64,000 bases of DNA from Chitinophagales bacterium (GTDB lineage: Bacteria; Bacteroidota; Bacteroidia; Chitinophagales; CAIOSU01): contig BPHB01000001.1 in assembly GCA_026003335.1 (NCBI GenBank), forward strand, positions 640,591 through 704,590. The letters are read 5' to 3'. The translations under genes and the position numbers were made by a program. The notes beneath the pieces were generated by a model that was not told where the DNA came from, made no database searches, and worked only from the letters and a program-made list of their open reading frames with translations. This document shows positions 48,236 through 55,000 of the stretch, one piece after another (within the stretch, counting starts at the first letter, position 1; every line of letters begins with the position of its first letter).

Positions 48236-49765
48236 TCAAAAGATTTCTCCGTTATCTTCTTCGGGTTCTTCATTCATCCGGGACATGCGGGTTATCACTG
48301 CTCCTGACTCAGAGCCCACATCTGATGCTCCTGTATGCAGTGCAGGAATATGCGCATCTGTGAATTTGGCATATTTATCAATAAAGCGAACATATACATT
48401 CTTGAGGGCACCGTTGCGGTGCTTGGCTATGATAATTTCTCCCAGCCCGCGAGTGGGATTCTGATTTTCATCTACTTCAAGTTTGTAATATTCGGCACGA
48501 TAGATAAACAACACCAGGTCTGCATCCTGCTCAATCGCACCAGACTCACGCAGGTCAGACAATTGGGGGCGCCTGGTGCCGCCCCGCACTTCCACCGCCC
48601 GGCTTAACTGGGAGATAGCAATGAAAGGAGTTTCCAGTTCTTTGGCTATGCTTTTCAGGGCACGTGAGATATTGCTGATTTCCTGTTCCCGGTTGCCGGC
48701 ACGACTATCCGGAGAGGCAGACATCAGCTGCAGATAGTCCACAATGAACAACTCTACTTTATGATGGCTTTTTAGCCTGCGACATTTGGCTCTGAGCTCA
48801 AAAATATTGATAGCCGGAGTGTCATCAATAAAGATGGGAGCTTCCGCCAGCCGGTCAGCTTTATGCGTGAGCTGTTCCCATTCAAAAGGCTCCAGATTTC
48901 CTCTGCGCAATTTTTCGGCCGGCAATTCTGCCTCTGCGGACATCAGACGGTTTACCAGTTGCACGGATGACATTTCCAGAGAAAAAATAGCCACCGGTTT
49001 ATTATAATCTACCGCTGCATTGCGGGCAATAGACAGCACAAAAGATGTTTTACCCATACCCGGACGGGCAGCAATAATAATAAGGTCAGACTTTTGCCAT
49101 CCCCCCGTGACGCGATCCAGCTCGGTAAAACCACTGGGCACACCGGTGAGCATATCCTGATGATTCCGCAACTGGTCAAGCTGGTTTAATGAGCGCGACA
49201 ACAGGGTGCTCATCTTCTCATAGTTGCGTCTGAGATTTCGTTCGGCTATGGAATACAAACCCTGCTCAGCCCGATCCAGTAATTCAAACACATCGGTAGT
49301 TTCTTCATAGGCATCCCGGATTACTTCGCCTGAGATGCGGATCAGTTCGCGCTGAATATGCTTCTGAGCTACAATGCGCGCATGATGTTCCACATTGGCG
49401 GCAGAAGCAAGCCGGTTTGTTAATTCTGAAATGTAAAAAGCACCTCCTACCTCCTCCAGACGCCCCATGTGCCGGAGTTCCTCGGTAACTGTAAGAATAT
49501 CAACAGGTTTTGACTTATGGAAGAGGTTTAAAATAGCCTGATAAATGAGCTGATGGGCATAGACGTAGAAGCTTTCGGGCCTTAAAATGTCAATAACTGT
49601 AGCTACTGCATTGCTCTCCAAAAGCATAGCTCCGAGCACGGCTTCCTCCAGCTCCCGGGCCTGCGGGGGCATTTTTCCAAACGTATAGGAAGCCAGATCC
49701 AGTTTTTCCTTCTTGGTGCTGATCACCTCAAGCGGCTTCTTTGCAATGTCACTATTTTCGGGCAT
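48236..49765 (-). CDS. dnaB: replicative DNA helicase DnaB
   Basis: PPQARELEEAVLGAMLLE N-terminal domain, Walker A AARPGMGKTSF, plus IVDYLQLM and SQLSRAVE motifs. Confidence 0.95.
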   Translation of the reverse strand: MPENSDIAKKPLEVISTKKEKLDLASYTFGKMPPQARELEEAVLGAMLLESNAVATVIDILRPESFYVYAHQLIYQAILNLFHKSKPVDILTVTEELRHMGRLEEVGGAFYISELTNRLASAANVEHHARIVAQKHIQRELIRISGEVIRDAYEETTDVFELLDRAEQGLYSIAERNLRRNYEKMSTLLSRSLNQLDQLRNHQDMLTGVPSGFTELDRVTGGWQKSDLIIIAARPGMGKTSFVLSIARNAAVDYNKPVAIFSLEMSSVQLVNRLMSAEAELPAEKLRRGNLEPFEWEQLTHKADRLAEAPIFIDDTPAINIFELRAKCRRLKSHHKVELFIVDYLQLMSASPDSRAGNREQEISNISRALKSIAKELETPFIAISQLSRAVEVRGGTRRPQLSDLRESGAIEQDADLVLFIYRAEYYKLEVDENQNPTRGLGEIIIAKHRNGALKNVYVRFIDKYAKFTDAHIPALHTGASDVGSESGAVITRMSRMNEEPEEDNGEIF

Positions 49766-49860
49766 TTTCGGTCAAAAGGGTATCTTGAAAGAAGCGTAAA
49801 GATATCAGTATTACCTTTCGTTAGCTCACTTTTATCCCAAAAAAGAAATCCATAATTACC

Positions 49861-50038
49861 CCACAATGGTTTACACACCCCAACCATTGTTAAAAATGAA
49901 TCTATCGTAGTTCAGACAGAAAGACCACAATGGTTTTCCACAATTGCATAAAAAAGGTTTATAAAACCGTTTTTTTTATTAAAAACCTTGTTCTCCGGTG
50001 GATAATTCTTCCCGGAAATGTGGATTTAATGTGAAAAA
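49861..50038. promoter_or_regulatory. cluster of DnaA-box-like 9-mers and a repeated CCACAATGGTTT motif upstream of dnaB
   Basis: DnaA-box-like sites: TTTTCCACA (49934-49942, +), TTATCCACC (revcomp of 49997-50005), AAATCCACA (revcomp of 50019-50027) and TTTTTCACA (revcomp of 50030-50038). CCACAATGGTTT occurs at 49861-49872 and 49925-49936, with an inverted AACCATTGT at 49882-49890. An AT-rich tract lies at 49946-49988. Confidence 0.35.
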
Positions 50039-50059
50039 CAAGAATGCCGGAGCGCCTTC

Positions 50060-51277
50060 TCAGCTAAAAGCACTGATGCCTGTAATGTCTTGCCCGGTGA
50101 TAAGCAGGTGGATTTCATGTGTGCCTTCGTAAGTAATAACGGTTTCCAGATTCATCATGTGTCGCATGATAGGGAAATCTCCGGTTATACCCATACCCCC
50201 CAGAATCTGTCGGGCCTCACGGGCTACTTTGAGTGCCATTTCCACATTGTTGCGCTTTGCCATGGAAATTTGTGCAGGGGTGGCTTTACCTTCATTTTTT
50301 AAAACGCCCAGACGCCAGGCAAGTAATTGTGCCTTTGTGATTTCGGTAATCATTTCAGCCAGTTTTTTCTGTGTAAGCTGAAAAGCGGCTATGGGTTTGC
50401 CAAACTGCACACGCTCCAGTGCATACTTCAAAGCCGTATCATAACAATCCAGCGCAGCACCAATGACACCCCAGGCGATGCCATACCGAGCGGAAGACAA
50501 ACAGGAAAGCGGACCCTTCAAGCCCTTTACATGAGGTAAAATATTTTTTTTAGGTACACGGACATTATCAAACACCAGTTCACCTGTTGCAGAAGCCCGC
50601 AATGACCACTTATTGTGTGTTTCCGGGGTGGAAAATCCCTCCATGCCCCGCTCTACTATCATGCCGCGAATCTCCCCGGATTCATCCTTTGCCCACACTA
50701 TGGCAATATCAGCAAAAGGCGCATTGGATATCCACATTTTTGAGCCATTGAGCACATAATAATCGCCCTCTTCTTTGATGGTAGTTTCCATGCCGGCAGG
50801 ATTAGAGCCATGGTTGGGCTCCGTGAGCCCAAAGCAGCCCATGAGCTCACCCCTTGCAAGGCGGGGCAGGTATTTTATTTTTTGCTCCTCGGAGCCGTAT
50901 TTAAAAATAGGAAACATTACCAGTGAACCCTGTACAGAGGCTGTAGAGCGAATGCCGGAATCACCACGCTCCAGTTCCTGCATGATAATACCATAGGAAA
51001 TTTCATCCATACCGCCACCGCCATATTCCTGAGGAATGTTGGGTCCGAATGCTCCTATTTCTGCCAACCCCTTGATCAAATGGGCAGGAAACTGGGCACT
51101 TTGCGCATAGTCCTCAATGATGGGGGTTACTTCTTTTTTTACAAAAGCACGTACACTGTCCCTGACCAGCTTATGTGTATCGGTAAGCAACTCATCCACT
51201 AAATAATAATCATGATGCTGATAGGCGTCTGTACGGTGCTGTCTTTTGGGGGTCTTGCCTGTGGCTGCCTGCTGCAT
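50060..51277 (-). CDS. acyl-CoA dehydrogenase (glutaryl-CoA dehydrogenase-like)
   Basis: YYLVDELLTD N-terminus, FGLTEPNHGSNP, and ITYEGTHEIHLLITG near the C-terminus, which is typical of GCDH. I prefer the ATG at 51277 to the TTG at 51295. Confidence 0.85.
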   Translation of the reverse strand: MQQAATGKTPKRQHRTDAYQHHDYYLVDELLTDTHKLVRDSVRAFVKKEVTPIIEDYAQSAQFPAHLIKGLAEIGAFGPNIPQEYGGGGMDEISYGIIMQELERGDSGIRSTASVQGSLVMFPIFKYGSEEQKIKYLPRLARGELMGCFGLTEPNHGSNPAGMETTIKEEGDYYVLNGSKMWISNAPFADIAIVWAKDESGEIRGMIVERGMEGFSTPETHNKWSLRASATGELVFDNVRVPKKNILPHVKGLKGPLSCLSSARYGIAWGVIGAALDCYDTALKYALERVQFGKPIAAFQLTQKKLAEMITEITKAQLLAWRLGVLKNEGKATPAQISMAKRNNVEMALKVAREARQILGGMGITGDFPIMRHMMNLETVITYEGTHEIHLLITGQDITGISAFS

Positions 51278-51353
51278 AGTCAATAGTTTATTCAAATTTA
51301 GCGAAAGGCATTGTTACCATCCTTGCCATTCTTTTTAATAATTTGGCGCACGG

Positions 51354-51746
51354 ATGGAAGGCACATACAGGGATGGCATTATTGCCGTAGAAGGCATGCT
51401 CTTTCATGCCTATCATGGCTTTTATGCTGAAGAGCGGCATCGCGGAGGACAATTCAGGGTGGATGTGTACCTGACCGTCAATCTCTTACCGGCAGCGGAA
51501 ACCGATAAGCTGGATAATACAGTGAATTACGAAAGCATCAGCGACATTGCCAGAAGGGTAATGGATGAACGTCATCATTTGCTGGAACATCTGGCCTATC
51601 GCGTGCTGGAAGAAATTGGCAGGGAAATGCAAGGTGTTCGTGCAGCAAGGGTTCGCATTAGTAAGTTGCATCCTCCGTTACCTCATTACGTTGAAAGGGT
51701 TTTTGTTGAGCTGGAGAAATCGTTTGACTACTCTGAGAGGAAATAG
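51354..51746 (+). CDS. folB: dihydroneopterin aldolase
   Basis: The 130-aa size fits, and MLFHAYHGFYAEERHRGGQFRVDVYL...NYESI matches the FolB pattern. Confidence 0.8.
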   Translation: MEGTYRDGIIAVEGMLFHAYHGFYAEERHRGGQFRVDVYLTVNLLPAAETDKLDNTVNYESISDIARRVMDERHHLLEHLAYRVLEEIGREMQGVRAARVRISKLHPPLPHYVERVFVELEKSFDYSERK

Positions 51747-51766
51747 TACATTTGCATAAACTCAAA

Positions 51767-51837
51767 GGTCGCGTGGCCGAGTGGCTAGGCAGAGGTCTGC
51801 AAAACCTCGTACAGCAGTTCGAGTCTGCTCGCGACCT
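51767..51837 (+). tRNA. tRNA-Cys (GCA)
   Basis: Manual fold: acceptor ggtcgcg/cgcgacc, D arm gcc-gagtggcta-ggc, anticodon stem gaggt/acctc with loop ctGCAaa, variable loop gtac, T arm agcag-ttcgagt-ctgct, and discriminator U, which is characteristic of tRNA-Cys. No encoded CCA. Confidence 0.9.
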
Positions 51838-51849
51838 CCCGGAAAATAT

Positions 51850-51896
51850 AGCACCCGATGGAGCATGATTTGTCGGTGGGGTGCTTTTTAATTTTT
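51850..51896 (+). terminator. hairpin + T-run downstream of tRNA-Cys
   Basis: agcaccc (51850-51856) pairs with gggtgct (51878-51884), with an inner ccga/tcgg pairing. It is followed by ttttaatttttt. Confidence 0.6.
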
Positions 51897-52094
51897 TCGA
51901 AGATAGCCTATTGTTGAGCTATCGTTAGCTTCTTCCTTTCTGCCTACCCTTTTTACAAAAAAATTATCAGCCTCCCTGACAGCACCTATCTGGTGAGCCA
52001 TGTGAACTATAACTTACCTCATAGTCTGGTGGAGAAGCAGCTTAGCCCTCCCGGAATTACCACCTGAAACCCAAAAGTAGTTTCCTATTTTAGA

Positions 52095-55000
52095 TTATCG
52101 GCCGGGAGCATCCTTCAGGAGCAGCAGCTTTTGAATATGGGTTTGCATCCGCTCGCCACTGAGGCGATAGAAATACATTCCTTCAGGTAGCAATTCCTCA
52201 GGCTGGAAGTCAACCTGATACACCCGTTGGGCTTCCACGGGACCTTCATACAGCTTAGCTACTTTTCGGCCATCTATCGCAATGAACTCAAGCAGCACCT
52301 TTTCGGTAATCGGCAGGCTAAACTCAATCCTGAGCTTGTGCTCAAAAGGATTGGGATAAGCATGAAGATAAACTTCCGGATCAGTAAAGCGATTATGTTC
52401 CTGCGCTTCACGTTTGGGTGAGGCACAGGGATAACCTTGAATTAAATTGGCTATTAACGCACTGTTGCTACCACTCTGACCATCATGAACATTGCTGGTA
52501 TGTGGGTCGCCAAACCACAGGAATGGATAGGTGCCGCCAGTGAACTGAATCTTTTGAATGTCCAATTCAAAGGCATTGGCTCCGTCACTATAAGGTATTT
52601 CTATAAATGACAGGGATGAGAAAACACCAGTATTAAAATGGCCAAGTGGGATACAGATAGTTGTCCAGTCAGGCTGTGAGCCGCTGATATAATTACCCAG
52701 TACCACAGCTCCGCTGCTGCTCCCCTGCGGCCGCACCTGTAGTTTATTCCACTCTACAGTACCCGTGCTCCGTAGGGTGATGCACATTTGGGTATTCCCT
52801 GAAGCAGTGACATTCTGCTTTGGGCTCCAGAGACTACTGCTATAGCCGAGTTTTAGCTTCCTCCAGCTCTTAGCGGGGTTGATGATGTGTAAGTAAGAGG
52901 GCTCACTATCCAGGGGAGTATAAATGCAAGTGCCTTGATCACATAAATCCAGTGTACAGGGATTGTTATCATCGCAATCCGCATCCGTAGTACAACAACT
53001 TCCCAAAGGAATATACAGGCAGCCTGCGATAGCATCACAGCTATCTATAGTGCAGGGATTGTTATCATTACACACGATGTCGGTGTGTATGCATTGCCCG
53101 TTACCATAACAGGCATCCACGGAGCATGCATTGTGGTCATCACAAACCAGCGGAAGATTCTGACAGATGCCGGCATTACAGATATCAGAGGTGCAGGGAT
53201 TGCTGTCGTTACAATCAGCAGGTGTTGTACAGGAAGACACATTCTGATTTATCACAGTAAAGGTGATGGTTTTACTAATGCCCTGGGTACCGCTGCCCCC
53301 TAATCCAGAGTAAGGGATGGCCGTGAGGGTGTAGCTTCCTTCTGCTGGATCCCATGAATTATAATTACCTGCCGGGCTATCGCCATGCAAAGCATATGGA
53401 GGAGTATTTTCCAGCCTTACAGTTATGCCATTAAGTATAAACTTCACACTCCCCACCGGATTAGCACACACATTTGCCCGGATATTGACTGCCCCCGTAA
53501 CAGCCTTGTTGATGATGCTACCATCTTCAAGCGGGCCAATCTCTCCCGCTGTACCGGCATGCATCAAAGTAAAGGAAACGATTTCCAAAGGTATACACGA
53601 AGGTGTGCAGGAGGAATTAGGCACTATGCCGGTGTTGCCCCCGCTACAGACGTTGCAGTCATCCAGAAAAGCTGTGCCATTTAAATCTCCATTGCAGTCC
53701 ACATTTCCCGGTTGGTTGATGATAGTAAACACGATAGATTTGGAAACGCCTGCAGAGCCGGTAGCTCCCGTACCGGAATAAGGCGTGGCGTTAAGTGTGT
53801 ACTGCATAAAATTGTAATTCCACGGCTGATAATTGCCGTTTTTATCGCCTGCAAGCGCATAAGGCGCTGTATTTTCAATCTTATAATTGGCATTGCTGTT
53901 CAACGAAAACCTGACGCTGCCAACGGTTGCCGGAAGGGTATTTGCCCGGATGTTAATTTCTGCATGCGGCAGGACAGCCACATTGATGGTATCGGTATCA
54001 TTCAGCACTCTGATATCCTGGCCTGTAGCTGCGTCTACCAGGGTGAAGCTCATCACCCGGTTGCCACTTAAGCTGATATTGGAAGCTCCCGGAGTAGGGT
54101 TGGCAAAGCGTACAATAGTAGACGCGCCATCGGGCAAACGTCCTTCACTGGTATCTGATAATTGTACCCCAAACGGAAGGGAATCCACAACATGCACCAC
54201 AGTGTCCTGTATTTGAAAGATTCCCAATTGCTCACCGCTTTTGCTTAGCTTAAAACCTGCGTGAAGTACCCCTTCGTTTGCCTGGTCATCAGCCCAAAGT
54301 TGCAGAAAGGCTCCCGCAGGTATGGTAGTCAATACGGGATTACTGGTAGGTATTTGCCATTTAGCTGGATTTGTAAGATCATCGGTTACAAATAGCCCCC
54401 CGATATCAACCGGAAAGGTATTGGCATTATATATTTCAAACCAGTCATCATACCCCCCGAATGCATCAGTCATAAAACTCATATTATCCGCCAGGTATTC
54501 ATTGATGTACAGACCGGTAATGAGAGGCAGCACATTAGGTGCTCCCGGTGTGGGAGTGGTGAACGTTTTAAAATTGCTACTCTTATCGGGATAACGCCCT
54601 GTGGACACACTTGGAGCCTGAGGGCCATAATGGACGGAGTCAATGACATTTACATCAATGCCTGACACTTCTACCAACCCGATTGCACCACCCGTATTGT
54701 TTAGCGTAAAACCCAGATGCAATACTCCCTCTCCGGGCTGATTATCAGCCCATAAAACAATAAACCCCTGTGCAGGAATAGTTGTTCGGGCTGTATCCGT
54801 ATTCGGAATCTGCCACAGGGTAAGATTGGTTAGGGAATTGGTTACATAAAAGCCGCCAATATTAACCGGGAAAGGGTTATTGTTATAGATTTCAATAAAG
54901 GCCTCCTGTTCTCCATATTCATCAACCGGTCCGGAGGTATTATCAACAAGAAATTCATTAATATAAAGCTGTGAGGTGAGATTAAGCAGGTTGGCAGCTC

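Noticed and set aside
49946-49978. Hairpin ggttt-ata-aaacc flanked by A- and T-runs, which could be a bidirectional terminator for the acyl-CoA dehydrogenase gene.
   Set aside because: The stem is only 5 bp and AT-rich. I treat the tract as the AT-rich element of the DnaA-box region rather than as a terminator.
51838-52094. Possible integration hotspot downstream of tRNA-Cys.
   Set aside because: I could find no integrase, no direct repeat of the tRNA 3' end and no mobile-element genes. The next gene is the chromosomal CotH-like cargo gene.
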